The notes under the pieces were generated by a model, which made no database searches, was not told where the DNA came from, and worked only from the letters and a program-made list of their open reading frames with translations. 64,000 nt of DNA from Phoronis australis (Eukaryota > Animalia > Phoronida): assembly GCA_002633005.1 (NCBI GenBank), contig NMRA01000595.1, forward strand, positions 106,733-170,732, given 5' to 3'. Every line of letters starts with the position of its first letter. Positions within the stretch are counted from its first letter, which is position 1. This document shows positions 1 to 15,400 of this stretch, one piece after another. The position numbers were made by a program, and so were the translations under genes.

Positions 1-499
1 CTTTAAAAAACAAAAAGCTAATGAATAATTCAACACACAGCCAGTGGACTTTTTGGCGTTCTCATTGTGAATGGAGGGCATTGATCTTTAGACTCCTGGG
101 AGCTCTGTGAACATTTTTTACGAGCTAACAAAATTCAGAACAAAAAAATTTTTTTTTCAGACTAATGTAATTTGCATATATCTTTAGTTATAAATAATAT
201 AAGGTGAACTTCATGCTGCTAAAATAATTACGTTATTTTTCAAATACAAATGTTGCAGAAGCTTGAAAAAGTTGGCTTTGGCCAGCAAAATGTACCTTGC
301 AAATTTAAAGTATGTCCAGTAAATAAAATTTTTTCTACACAAAGAACATACTTTGCATTTCATTAATTGTAACATTGTTAAATGTCATATGCCTGGGAAA
401 TGACTAGTATTAGCCACACTGCTGGTGCACTATGTATGCTCCAACAAATTATTCGAAACAGTCTACTAACTGAATCTTTTAAATTTATTTGACGTGTAC

Positions 500-3400
500 C
501 TGTTCAGGTATTGGCTCCGGTACAGATGGCGCCGCTGTAGCATCCGTCGGCTTTTGCAGCTTCTCCTTGTCATGATACAACATGGCCGACTGCTGGGTGG
601 TGGGTCGACTGTCCCACTCAGTGCCCTCCTTGGGAGGCTTGCCCAAGCCCAACGGGGACTCTCCAGTCAGCTCACAGATCAGTAACTTAGATGTGAACAC
701 CCACTCATCACACTCCACCTAGTGAGAGAAATAGGAACAACAAATTAACATAATTTATGTCAAAGACAAAATTTAATGTTACTACTGTGTGTTGAGACCC
801 AGTGACAAGTAACAAATGTCTGAACACAATTAAGTTCATTATAACACTTGAAATATGAAAGACAACCTCATTCTTAGATACAATCTGTTTTGAGTGTACT
901 ACTGTATGCAACAACAAAGATTTAAATGTGAAAAGAGGTTTTAAATAACAGTACACATCAATTTTCCTTTAAAATTACTGAATCTTTGTTTTGCCATTGT
1001 TCACAATTTTTTTCAATGAATAACAGTCTCAATTTAAACAACAAAATTATCCTTTATCAAGCTTGGGAGACTTAAAACCCGGCATTTCGGGGGGATACCA
1101 ATCAAATTTTCCACGATTATTGTCACAGAACACACGGATAAAAAACCCTTGACTTGAGATGTATATCATACAAAAATTGGAATGTCTAATTTGAATATAA
1201 GTCTTCTCATTTGCCAAACTCCAGCAACTTAACAGAAAAAGAGTACAAAAATCTTTCAGTCGACAGCAAAGTGTCTTAATGAAAAGATGTCAATATCTTA
1301 ACATGTTCTCATGCTCAAGTGAAATAGCTGAACTTTCACCCAAGGTGCAAGACCAGCTCCTAACCGACTGACCTTTAACCTCTTAAGATCTCTATATTCT
1401 AGATCGGCATCTTCATCCATGTTGTCCATCTTTTTCTGCATCCTGTCGTTGACAATGCCGCCACAACAACTAGAGGACACACAGACAGATAACATATTCT
1501 AAGTCAACTAATTGCTAAATGTAGGTATTACTTGAAAGCAACCGGGGCCTGTACATAGTAAAGGTGGCTTTTGCAGTTTAATTGTTTTCATTCTTAAAAC
1601 CGACGTTCTGTCTGGCCTCAATTGTTCCTTAACTGCTGAGACGTGAAGTGATTTCTGATTACTGAAAGACCTGACAGTTGGTAAATCCTTGAGACCATGT
1701 TCTATACACAAAGTGACAAGCCAACTTATAGAGCCTGGTTTCAAGCAACAACGTAATACTAACAGTAAGCCCTACTGAAACATTGGCTTACTTGGCCAGA
1801 ACAAAGTGTCAAACACAGAAACTGGGCACGGTGCAAAATTTGTAAAGTCATGACTTATTGTTTAACCAAATAATAGCTGGGAGTGATAAAGGGAATCATG
1901 GTCCCCCATTTCATGACCAGCAAACTGTTATGTCTAATTGAACCTCTAAGAAGGCAAGGCATGGTTCTGTCGCGTGCTATCAATCAGAGAGGAAACATTA
2001 CGTTTAACTTTAGTAACATGAACTGTACAACAGTTCCACACAGCATGCCTCATTTGACCATTTATTACATACAAGGGCAAAAAATAGCACCTGTCAAACA
2101 GAGGTTTTTGTACATGAAAATTGCTAGTTAAAACTGTGATTCTAATGAAAGGTAAATACTTTAATCAAGATGCACTTACGCAACAACAAACGTAGAGAAC
2201 TTCTCGATCTCCATCGAAAGTGACTTGGCTTTCTCCTGGATCTGCGGCACGGTGGCGCTCCCTAGCAGTGCCGCCTCTCTCACTTCCAGTGAGTTAGTTT
2301 CCAGGTCAGGCGCCAGTCTTAGCAGGATTTGCACCATCCACTTCACCATCTCAGTGTGTAGACTCGTCACCTGCTCCACCAGCTTGCCGTCCTCGCTGTC
2401 GATCCCGTTGGTGGTCGCCGTCAGCCATTTCTGTGACATACGGAACACTTCGGCGATGTCCACTCTAAAAATACAAAAAGATCTCCACATGTCATTGTTC
2501 ATACATAGAAGTGCCATACAGACGTACACTGAAAGCCAGACATATCCCTTTAAATTGAAAGCGAAACACATACGACTGTCTTTATGAACATGCAATGCAT
2601 CTGATGGCCAAAATGTCGTTTTTTGTATCAATGTTATAGTTTAAAACTAACTATTATTAATAATACAGCTTTGAGATAATGAAAATCATGCGATACTGTC
2701 ATAACACTTTGAAATACAGATGAGAAAGATCATTTTGCTTTGTGCTCAATGTGAGATTTTCATGTAGCAATCACGGAAAATGACAATAACAATTAACATC
2801 ATTCCAATCAAAAATGCTTAAACAGGAAGTTGTTGTTTTCATAAAGCCAATCAGCCATGGGTGATGAAAACATTAATCTAAAACCTCAGCTCGCAGTTCC
2901 AAATTTCCCATTTCAAATGTGGCCTGCAGCTTGCCAATAATGACCTACTTCACCACTAACTAAGATATCCCTAGACAGACACCAAGTTGGCAACACGATA
3001 CTCAGGTCTTGCATGTAGTCATCATAGCTTCAGTCAAAGCCCTTGTCACAGAAAATGTTACACAACACAGTGACTAGTGTACAGAGTGTATCAAATACTT
3101 TGCAATGATTTAAATGTCAGTATTCTACTGAGGTAAAAAGAGGATCCCAGGCAATGGTGCATAAGCCATTATTCAACCTACTGTTGAATCTTTGTTTCAG
3201 ATCTGTAGTATAAAGAGTTCAGGCAGTGCTATCACATCAGTAGTCACCTGGGCCCAGTTCCCAAACGATGGTGGCCATAAGAGTACACCGTATGAGCCAT
3301 CCCGATCCCAATGGTTATAGCTAGACCGTCCCCCAGATGAGATAGGTATGAAATGTTTGTTCTGCACTGCAAAACAAAGCCTGTTTGTGTCCCATGTGAC

Positions 3401-6400
3401 CACCTACTTTGCATGTGGAGTTTTCTTCTCACGTTCTTCTTCCTTCTGTGTGGTTCCAATCAGTGCCAGGGCAGCATCTACATTCATGGTCCAGTCATCC
3501 AGTAGCTAAAGACAGTCAAATAATTAGTAAATTAATACCTTAAGACTCATTCTACTACATCCAAACCAATGGTGAACTTATTTGCACCAATTTGAAATTC
3601 AAATGACTGTTTTCTTGAGAATTTTGACTCATTGTGAAACATTTTCTGAATTCAAGGCTTAGGTGCCTAGGTGGATGGTGAATCAAGGAGCCACCTCAAC
3701 TTCATGCAAGGAACATAATTCGATCATCAATGTGCAGACTACTAGCTCCCTCTAGTAATGCACATTTATTCCTCTTTACAGATTGTCATTTTAATTTGCT
3801 TTCGGCCCAATTAAGTGACATCCTACAAATTCGAGCTTAAAATATTGAGCAGTTTTTATGATAAATGTTTTCATTCCAAGTCATTTCAATCAGTTCCAAT
3901 ACTATTCAAGCACGTCGAGATATCGAGCATATCCAAAAGCAGCAGGATTAACAAATAAAGGAGCCCGTTCTTTCATATTTATTCGAGCATGTGCAGGGTG
4001 ACTCAAGTTAAACTTTGTAAATACATTACCTCATAAAAGACCTGCCAATCCCTCTCAGCAATTGGTGTCCCCATGCTGGCCTGAGTCAACTTCATGTCCC
4101 ATGCCTCAAACGAATTTGACAGCTGTATCAGGGCTCTAGCGACACCTAGAGGGATAACACAAAAACGCTGTCAACATAATTGCACCGAAGCTAGTTCAGT
4201 ATTTTTGTTTTCCAAAATTACTCACTAAGGTGAGAAATACAGATTAATAATTAAAGCGCCATCTTGTGTTTCAACTGAAGGATTAAAGGAATTCTGAAAA
4301 AGCGTCCGAGCTAGCTCCATCCAAATGAAGCTTTTTGCTCACAATTATGTAAACTTTCGATAAGGCCTCATTCCATAATTTTCTTAATTTCAAAACTGTG
4401 AGAGTACCAATTAAAACACTTATCATAACAAATTGTAAATACGTTACCAGAGCCTCCCTCTTACCGTTTTCCCCGAGAACAGCAACCTTTAACTGGGTCA
4501 ACATCTCATCAGCCAAGTCGTGCATGTTAGTATTGATATCTTTGGCTACAGGTTGAAAATGAGAATAGAAAGCTGTGCCAGAATAATCCAAGGCCCAGGG
4601 CTCCAACAGATGTCAGGACAATCAATGATATCGCAAAACTGATTGACAGTGCCAACTCTAGTGAAAGTTGTGTTAATGTTAAGCAATGGATATAACTAAG
4701 CTTTGTTTTTGACAATATGCCCAACATACAGATAACAAATGCTTTACTGACAAAATGTTTTACGATGTACATATTAAGAAGAAAATCATGCTTTATAGCA
4801 GTGGCGAGTCACAAAAATAATTTAATTCCTAGAAACTTCCGATTAAACTCCACCCATTCGGGCTTAAAGTCTCAACCTCTGATAAGACATATTTGTCAGT
4901 AAAGCAGGAAGAAAAAAAATCCAGTTTGCGATACCTTGCATTATATGACATTGTTGAAGGGTGGGCTGGCAATAGCACTCAGATGAGAGAGCAGTTCACA
5001 CGATATTTAATCACACAGTATCTCAAGGTTATAGTCTTATTTGGTGCAGCTCACTAACTTCAAATCAACTACAGTGTTCTAACACTCGAAAATGGTAGAA
5101 ACATTAATTGAGAGGCAACTTTTATGATGAAAAACTTTCTAGTAACCGCAAAAAATATATAATTGTAAAATATTCAGTCATTTACAAAACGGCTCACAAA
5201 AAGAAATTTGACTTTCAAGTTTGAGTAACATTCACAAAAACATAAAACATAAAATGAACACCAGAACCCAGGTGACAAAACACGCATTGGACTTTTTGTA
5301 CAACGTAAAATACTAAAACAAAACAGTGAACAAAAAAGTTTGCAAACAATGCACTGCTGTATTTTTTCAATTCAAAGTTCTTTAATTCCACCAAGAATAA
5401 ATTGGAACGTACGTACTTCAAAGTGTAATCCAAAATTTTAAGAAAATGTAGCATTTCCACATTCACAGTTTGGTAAAGGCTGTGTGAAACACAGGGAGAT
5501 TTAAAAACGGCAAACATACTAACACACAAACACACAGTGCAGTGATCGTTCTGGGGAGAAGTATCAGAGTGGGGGGAGATGTGACTTACAGGGAAGATGT
5601 GACATGACAGTTTTAATGACAGAAGTGTCAGTAATTTATACACAGTCAACTGAAATGTTCCTCAGGGAGTAAAAAGCAAGCTTCAAATGTTACCATACTG
5701 TATACACTTCAAACATTTATAGGTAAAATTTCATCAATTTTGTACATGCGTCGCAGCCAAAATTAACTGGTTTCATGTTTCAAATTACTTTTAATGCTTA
5801 CAATTGTTCAAAATCTTATTAGATGGTAGCTAGGGTAAAAATAAAAACAAACAAGTTCCCGTCATCCCCATTGTGTCCTCAATAGGCAAGATTTTACCAG
5901 GAATAATTGAAATTAAATATTGATGGTATTCAGATTGTTAGTTGTTTGCTGGCTTCTGTCACTAAAGTTGGGCGATTTTCCTTCAACGGCTCTAAAAACA
6001 CTGCAAGAAACTCGGAAACGAAATCAAGTTAGACACGCAGTGGGGTAGACACTTGACGGAATCACAACACAGACTACAAAACAAGAAGCCACACAGTGCC
6101 ACGGGACAGACACACAACGGCCAACTAATACCCAGTTTCCAAGGGGTCAAGCAGACGTGTTCACAACTCACCATTCTCTCCGTCGTTCCTCACGTGTAAC
6201 TGTTTCAACAGTTCATGTATACTAGTGTTCAATGTGTTCATCGTGCCCGTCTCACTGTATGTCTTCCCGCCCTCCTTGTGACGGCCGAACACTGTCAGCG
6301 CACACTCCGTCCAGCCGTCCATCTCAACTTTGACCTTGCCAAGCATTTCCTCTCCGCTCAGCATGGAGTCGCCGCTGAACTTTTCAACTTCATTTTGCAT

Positions 6401-9400
6401 CGACTGAAAGACCAGCCATTTGGACTTGAAAGCCATTTCAGCAAGGATGACATAAACAGGAACTTTGCAATACACAACATCCTAAAAATTCTCCAGATTA
6501 GGACAATGAAAAGTTAAGAGGGCCGTCTCCGATTACACAGTGACACACAAATCTCATTACCCACAATGCCGTAAAAATACTTCAGGCACATTTGGCGCCT
6601 CGTTTTCGTGCCACTGGAGTTGTACAAAGTTATTTGTTATTGTCTGATTCTTTACCAGTTCTTCTTGGGATACTTGGCCTTCAAATGCCAATGAAGAATA
6701 ACTGCTGTGCTGTGGGCTGCAACTGCGAGGGAGACAGTTTGATAAACTGGAAAAATACCTTTTGAAGCGTGATTTGAAATTGTTCACTTTCCTGACAACA
6801 ATGAGAGACACTGCAAGTGCCTGATAATCCAGGATGAACCTCATTGTTTTGGTAAAGGTTAGACCTTGGGCAATATATCTGTCATCCTCAATTCGAGAAT
6901 TATGCTTTAATGACAAACGATCATTCAACTTATAGAGATGCAGCCATTTTAACCAATTTGAAGTGCTGTGGCTATTTTCAGGCTATGTGGATGCAAAATG
7001 CAGTGTACAATGAACACAAAATGCAGTGTACAATGAACACAAAATGCAGTGTACAATTGCCCAAATCATAATCTTCAGAAGTTCACTTTTGGGTAGATGC
7101 CAGGTGTCCCAAATTTTTGAGACTGTCCAAATTGGAGATATTTACCTCAATATAGCTACAAAATATTTCATTTATCACAGATTAAGCTCCTAAAATGTGA
7201 ATTCCGTGTAATTGTATGGCAGACTGCATACCTTGGTCCACTTTTGAAGGTCTGTGTGTATCTCTTTTATCCTTGAAGACTTTGGAAGTCGAACAAATTG
7301 ACCATCTTTATTCCTGGAAGTGGAAATTCAATAAGTAGAGTTCACTTGGCAGAAAATAAATTACAATGTAGAAACACAAATGAAAACATGCGTATAATAG
7401 TACAGAGAAACAGTGAAGTGATTTATTTCATTTAATTTGTGACAGCAATAATTGTGGTGGTGCGAATAGCAAAATTATTTTTCACAATAAATTTTTAACT
7501 AAGGATGCATCGTATCAGCTGTCACCAGAGGGCGCTGGTGTAGAAAAATGTTTCCACGTGCAGTAAAGTTTGTTCCAACAGGGGGAGACATCAGAATACT
7601 GTGGCAAAGTATAATTACCATGGAAATTTTGCATCCAATAACTTTCATGTAAGAAATCAAATCAACAAATTAAATTTAAGTCAATTTGGCATCCTACAAT
7701 AAGGTTTTTTCCTATTCTACAGTGCAAAACCTGTAATACTCAATGTAGCTTATTCTAGAAAACTGACACGAAAGACTATCAAGCTCTACCACCAAAGATA
7801 AAAATCTGGCCACCTAAAACGGACAGGCTAATGGCAGTCACGCAGACTATAATATCAAAAAGGGATAAGCAGCCACACAAGATCTAAAAAACTGCATTTA
7901 TGTGCAATACAACCCAAAACACACTCAGAAGACTCGCATTTTCTTCTCAAAAGCCACAAACATGATTTGAACACACAATGCATAACACAACAATGAATAA
8001 TTAATTTTGATTCAGAGCCAAATGCCATTTGGTGCAAAAACCATGATGTGGTCCACACTTTCATCCCATTTCATATCAGTTTAGGTTCATCGCGCACACG
8101 GACACAGAACAAAAATGTATACAGTGCAAACAAATGTGCAATACTTTTGTTTAATAAACACTCTCCGACAAATTTACTTTGCCCAATGCGACAGCATTAG
8201 CAGGAGTCAAAAACAGGGACAGTTTCATGGCACACATTTCCATATTATTTGCATATAATTAACTCAAGCGCTAGTAAAAACTCTCCAGTGCCACTTTCCA
8301 AACACATACTTACGGCTTGGTTAATCTAGAGAACAAAGTGCAACCAGACGGATAACAAACCATAGTGGGAACAGGCCTTGACGTTCAGCAAAGCACAACA
8401 TCAGGGAAAACAAAACGTAGTGGAAACAGGCCTTGATAGTTTAACAAAACACAATATCAAGGATAACAAAGCATAGTGGGAACAGCCATGACAGTTCAAC
8501 AAAGCGCAATATCAGGTATAACAAACTTTAGTGCGAGCACGCCTTAATTGTTCAACAAATCCTCAGGTATAACAAACTTTAGTGCGAGCACGCCTTAATT
8601 GTTCAACAAATCCTCAGGTATTAACAAACCTCAGTAGGAACATGACATCACAATTCAATGGTTAACGTTCAATTGATACTTCAACAAAACACTAGCAAGT
8701 GACATATTTGCTGACCACCTAGTTACAGTTTGTACCATGTAGTTGGATACTTACAGCAAATGTGTTGCGCATTAAGGACATGTAAAGGCCTATATTTGCT
8801 TCATGCTGGCAGTAAGACATGGTCAGTTGTAGCAGCAAATTTTGCCACAAAGATACAGCACAGTTGCTACACAACGTCAACTGTAGCAAGAAAATTTTCA
8901 TTCAGGTTAGAACAAAATTGTGTAACGCTTTCTCAAGAGCTTATTCGCTTGCAGAAAATTTTCAATGCCAAGGATGAAACTGTTCGCTACAGTTCGCAAT
9001 TCCAAAGAATCAGCCATGGTTTTGATGCATGCTTAAGACATGTTTTCAGAGGACTAACAGCAAATACAGGAAACCATGGGGCTTGAAAAGCTTTGAATTC
9101 AGATTGTGCAGAACAAAGCTGTTTTTGAGTAAGTAAGTCAGCCAAATTACGTGTGGTGTGTGTATGAGTGTGTGCGCATGTCTATATCTACATGTGCAAA
9201 CAGGCTGGACACCTCGTGTCCTTCTGTGTAACTGTTAAATGTGATTATCATTCAATAAATTCAAAAAAAAAACATATAACAAGTCCAGGAAACATTTATG
9301 TCATGGTTTTTAATTTTGGGAATTTACATCAATTTTTTACTGTGAGTTCAAAGTGATGTTTCAGAAGACTGGCATGATTGCAGAAAGTTTACTTTATGTT

Positions 9401-12400
9401 CACAGGCCTAAAATAAATTGTAATATTTTTTCAAGTTCTGAATATGTACGGGAGGATGATGACTAAAAACTAAGTACAGGCGACCACTGCACAACACACT
9501 GGTAACTATGGGAAGAGTCTGAATCATGTCATTTTTAACATGCAAAAGACTGACAATTATAACAAAAACTACTTTAATTTTCAACAGTAGGTGGACATTT
9601 ACATTTTGGATGTGAACAAAAAAGGATCTGGGTCACTCTGGAGTGTGATGACCCAAAAACGACAAATACGCATCATCAAAGTCTCATGCAGCGCCATCTA
9701 TGGTTCACATTTTGGAGTTGGTAGAACCATGTGTTTTGGATCCTTAACATGGTTATCATCAATGATTTCAAATCACTACACCACGGACTGACCAGAGCTC
9801 ATTGATTCTTTCTACAGAAGATCATCGCTAATAACTCGATTCATTCGAAGAAATTAGTTCTGCATGGGACTTTAAAACTTAGCAAAGAATTTAAACACCT
9901 CAGCAAATCGCTTACATGATTTTGGACTGGAAGTATAGTCTGTACATCTGCAGATCGTCCCGGATCCCCCGCAGAGCCCGCGTCATCTCTGTCTCGTTTT
10001 GATTCAGCTTCCGAATGAAAATCTCCAGCATCTCGCGCCAAGAATCCACGTGACCCTGTAACTGAGTTAACACGATGGTGTCCTGGTCGCTGAGGAGGAT
10101 GGCGAAATGGCTAGCAAGCTTCGACCATGTTTTCTCACTCACATGAAGACGCTTGGCTGTGTTGAGGTCCTTCTCCTGGGTAACCTGAAGTGGCGTGAAT
10201 TACGTTGAATTTTTAGAATAAACAACTTTGCCTGTCGAAACATACAAATGAATAGCAAATTAGACACAATAGACAATGTGAGTACAAATTTAAACTTTAA
10301 TGAGAAGAATTCTACACCAATCATACCTTGAGAGCTAGACTGTAGGCGGCTGTACTCCAAATCTCGCGCTCTTCTGATAACGTGTTGACCAATTTCTCGA
10401 GTCGCTTCCTCTGCAGCTCATAGAGGTCATGATATTCCGCCAAAAGGCTGGCGTTCTTTTGAGACTCAGCTAAAGCAGACTTGAGCTGAAACCACATTTG
10501 CAAGCTGTTGCAGTGTCTGTAAATATGCATTCTGAACCCAAAAGCAATCTTTTAATTTAGGCCACTCATTGCTGTATAATAACTGTTCTCAAATTTCTAG
10601 GTTATAAATGACTGTTAGAGGATTATTCCTTGCTCAGCTCATAATAACTGAACCGACATTACAAGCCAATCAGCTCATAATAACTGAACTGCCATTACAA
10701 GCCAATTTCTAGAAACTCGTCTCCAGCAAAAACAAATGGTCAGCTGTTTCAAGCCCATAGAAAGCAGATTTTTAGCATTTGCCAAACGGGTTTTTGTGAA
10801 GAAGCTGACGTGTGTAGATCAGGGTACAACATGAACGGTATGTGATAAATGGACTTAATGGCCCTCTAGCACTCCAAAAGAAAATGAGTCAAAAACCGTC
10901 CAATTACTTGATTGAATTTTGTTAGTTGACTTCAGGCAAAATTCAGAAAATGTGACCACAATTAGCCAAAAAATGTGTCTTTTGTCTTTTGCATTACTCA
11001 AAAGGTTTTGTCTTCTCTCTAGCAGACTTCAGGTTATGCAAGTCATAGATTTTCTGACATTCAGCCTGTGTCCGATGTTTTAAATATGAAGTAGGCTTAG
11101 ACATCCGAAACATCCGAAGACTGCTTTTTAACCCTCGAGCCAAAAGACAGACGCTCATTGAGAAAAAGGTGCCGGGAGAAGGCAACAGAGCTCTTTTCAT
11201 CTCGGCAATGGGCATAAACCTTATCTAAGATTTGGTCAAGATGTATTTTAGAGGGACAGCGTGATACCATGAATGGATGTTGATGACAGTGAAGATACTC
11301 TGCCAGAGTCTGTGCCAAGTTTTGCTTTGGACATTAATGAAGTCAGGACACCCTTTGAAGGTCAGCGTGATTGTGCCTGTTCCAACAAAGACGAAAAAAA
11401 TAACGCATTAGATTTGTTTACTGGTCATCCAAATGTCATAAAAAATCACTATAACTATATAATGCTCCAAACGCTACTAGCGCCATCTGATGGTCGTTCA
11501 ACAGTAACTCACATCCTCCTGGGCCTTCTCTGCCTCAGATGTCACTTGCTTGTCATGCTCTTTCACCTCGGTCAACTCACTGAAACAACCAATCATATAG
11601 TGTCTCTTATTGTAGTAAATTTACTACATGCAAATTAGCACTGCCATCATGCTTAACACTTCTGATGTTTAAAATTACATTTCTTCATTGTTTAGCTATT
11701 AAAGCCTATCTTCAATGGTAACACATGTAAAATATTGGTTCCTACAGTATGTTAAGAGCATTGCTCTGAGCCCACTAGTGCCATAAATTGTCAAATGTAA
11801 CGAACTGTTAGGCGTATTGGATTGCTTTTGTCTACGTAACCGCGAGAATCACCTTTTAATTCAAACAGCTGCGAAATAACATCCGCACCCAATAGTGTTC
11901 TATTCAGACCCCTATTCAATACAACCTTTTGTTTGTACTGGCATCTCGCGGTGACGCAACATGGCACGAAAAGGCAGCTTCACTTATCATTTGACGGGCT
12001 TACACGTGATTGAACTAGCGTTTTCTTATTTTACTAAGGTTTTGCTAGGACTATCTGGTTAGCCTAATACATCTAAAGTAACAAAATTTCGTTGAAGTTA
12101 GGCTTAAAAGAAACCCCCATGGAAAAGTGAAACTTGAGCATTTAAAACCAATACGACTCATAATATTTCTTATAGTTATTTCCGTTATCAACAAGAACAT
12201 CAACCCGTCAACACCTCACAAAAACATTTCAGAGTTCAAGTTTCACTACCAATAAAAGGCCAATGTCAAGAGTTACACATTGCTTTAGACTTACAGTCTC
12301 AGATAATTTGTTAGCAGAGTTCTTACCAGTGCACACAACACAGAACTACAGCACATGAGTGAGCTGGGTCTATATATCATGGTTCCTAGCAGGAACAAAA

Positions 12401-15400
12401 TGTGTTACATCAACCCTTTCTCATAAGGCCACGTGTAGGACCACTTACAATACTCTTATCAACTGAAAACAGCGCCAAGTTACCTTGTCAGTTGTCCTAT
12501 TGTAGACCGGAACCTCATCAACTCTTCAGTTAACCTTCGATCCAATGCTCTCTGTGCCATGACCTCCTCATGGAGACTGTAAATATGAGCATTTAATAGG
12601 TGTCTTTAAATATTGTTATTTCTCACACATTAAAAGCTAACACACCAGGTCTATTACGCCAGTTATCTCATGGTTATAACAAAAATTTGATCTAAAACAG
12701 AGTTAGGAAAATTATTTCGTGGGAATGCATCAGAACGTACATCACATGTTCACGAAATTAAATAAAAAAATCACAAGCACAAAAAGTTGCATAACAAAAT
12801 ACTAACAGGGATATCAAATTATATTTTATTACAGTATCTTGAAATTGTTTTTCATTAATTTCTAATAGGCAAAGCTTGAAGAAGGCATTTTTTCAAAAAG
12901 GTTACAACTGGTTTAATTAGTTACCTTAATTTTGAAACTGTCTATGAGACACAGTACCATCTAAACATCAAGTGCCATTCTGCCTATAACTAGTAACCCA
13001 GTCCTGTGTTCATACCTTTTTATTTGCCTGGGAACCCTGTTCAGCAGGTCGCTATATTTTTCCCTTAAGTCCGACAGGAGCTGCCCTCTCTCAATACATT
13101 CCACGCTCACCTGGGAAAGATGAATCAAACACAATATAATGAATTGAATGCTTAATTCACATCAAAGTTGTTCTCAAGTCAGCGAATACTTATATATGGA
13201 CTTTTGAACTCCAAGGGAAACCTCGAACTTTATAAGCAAAGATTAGTCAAAACGCCTAAACATGACCTAGACAAGAAAAGTAGCATAACCAGTACAGGAA
13301 AATACAGCAAAAAATTCACTTTAGGCTCAGTGCAGAAAGAAGTGATTGGCCTGTTAGGTCAGAATGTTGCATTATGGGACTGAATTTTGTGAAGATTATT
13401 CTCTGTAAGCCCAAACCAATGTGTGAAGTCCATGGAAAGCCCTGCAACATGAGAGCACACAAGAATCAAAGCCAAGACCTCACCTGTCTAATCATTTCAT
13501 GGAAGATGATGTTGTATATGTTTTGCTCCTTCTTGATCAGCTCCAGGAGGTTGTGCATCTGTGTGGGACCTTTGACCTCCAGGTCAAGGTCGTCAACCCC
13601 AGCCTTCTCCAGCATGTTGTCCAACGTCTTCTTTAACTGGAGCACCTCAAACCGACTGGTGGGTTTCCTGAATAAATGTGGAGTTGAAGGTGAAAGCAAG
13701 TGGCGGAAAGCAGTACCGTACAAGATAAAATTCTAATATTAATCAGACAAATTAAATATTATTTCCCCATCATAATAGCTAAATTCTGTTATCAGCAAAA
13801 TAAAACAGTTGAAAATTCTACTTTTAAAGTGGCTTAGCCACCTAACTTTCCAGTCAATTTCCCTTCATTCATAGTCATCAGGGGAGACTACTCTGATGAA
13901 GAATTCAGCTTCTGCCCAGCTGCCATGACAGGGAATTATGGCTCATTTTGTCTGTATACTTTTGGCTTGTTCCATAGGCTATAATTTCCAAAATCCCTTA
14001 TCATGACCCTGGCGTCTCCCAAGGTGGAAACCTCTACAAAAAAATACTATCCTGCCCCTTACCGTGTAGATGAACTTGTAGCCACTGATGCGTTTTATAA
14101 GAAATGGTCGATAACAGACCTTGTGTGAGCCATCACCAATGTTTTACTTGGTGACCACGAGTGTATAAAGACATAGAAATTCCTGTAACGCAATTCTCAA
14201 ATTTCCTAACGATTTGTCTAAAGGTCATAAAAATGACCTTGCAAAACTAGGGCTAACCAACAATGTTCGTATTGCCTCCCCACTTTTGATCACGATTGCT
14301 ATAGGTACGTTCTGTTATAACTAACTGACCTCAGACATACTTACATTGATGGAAAGCTGACAAGATGTTTCTCATGGTCTTTAGCTTGACATGCATATTT
14401 ACTAAAAAAGAAATAAGTATAAAACAATAAAAACACATCCACCAGCATACGTCTACAAATTACATTTTAAATTGACACATATATATGATTCAAAAATAGT
14501 AACTGACATAACCAGTGCCATTGGTATAGTAATAAACTCCATCAAATAGACATTCAGCCAAAACGCAACAGACAGTGCCACCTAGTGTGATAGGAGCCTG
14601 CTTCCTTTACTCAAGGTCATGGGTTCAAGTCTCACTGGGGCACACAGCTAAACCCTTGAGTCAGGCTTCTAGCTCCTCAGCTTGGTTTTAACTATTATAT
14701 ATAATAAAGCACCAGATGATTAGTGCAATGGGCTTACGCGTGGCCTGTGGATGTCTAATACAATGTGTACCAAACCGAATGCAATAATTTTTTTCAATGC
14801 GCATTTAGAACGAAACGATTTCAAATGGGAGCAAACAATTAAAAACATTGTACTTATTTTTTCATAAAATTCATAATTTGTACAATTATTTTACATTATC
14901 TTTTCTTTATTCTTCAATGCTTGTTATGAGTGAAATCAATGCTTTATCTAATATTTTGTACAGATTAATTATTAGTTTGTCCTGTAACAAAAATCTAATA
15001 ACTTGCACAGTGTGTGTTTACAGATGAAGCGAATATATCAAAAATAATTTTTATTGAGTGAACAGAATATAACGGTACTTCATCTATTTTGCACGAAAAT
15101 AATTACAAAATTGTCAGTTTCCATTTTCAAAGACAGACATGATAACAGCAAATACTGAAAAATTTCACTAAAAGCTGTTTTATGACAACTACATTATACA
15201 AACCATGCTAGCAATAAAACAGTAAAATTTTGATATTCATTTTTGTGAAAAATAATTATAAAACAAAATTTCACTCTTCAACCATACTATTTGGTAAATA
15301 AGTAATAAATGACCAATGACAAAAAAGAGTTAAATAGTACAGGTGATGTATCGTTCCACAAATTAGCCTTGTGTAATAGAATATTTTTTGTGTTGTAAAA

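Noticed and set aside
5929-5991. Possible alternative terminal exon of AXDND1 (EPLKENRPTLVTEASKQLTI*)
   Set aside because: Only an acceptor-like site and a short open frame; not distinguishable from chance without transcripts.
14575-14650. Functional tRNA gene
   Set aside because: B-box only; no acceptor or anticodon stems, so treated as a SINE relic.
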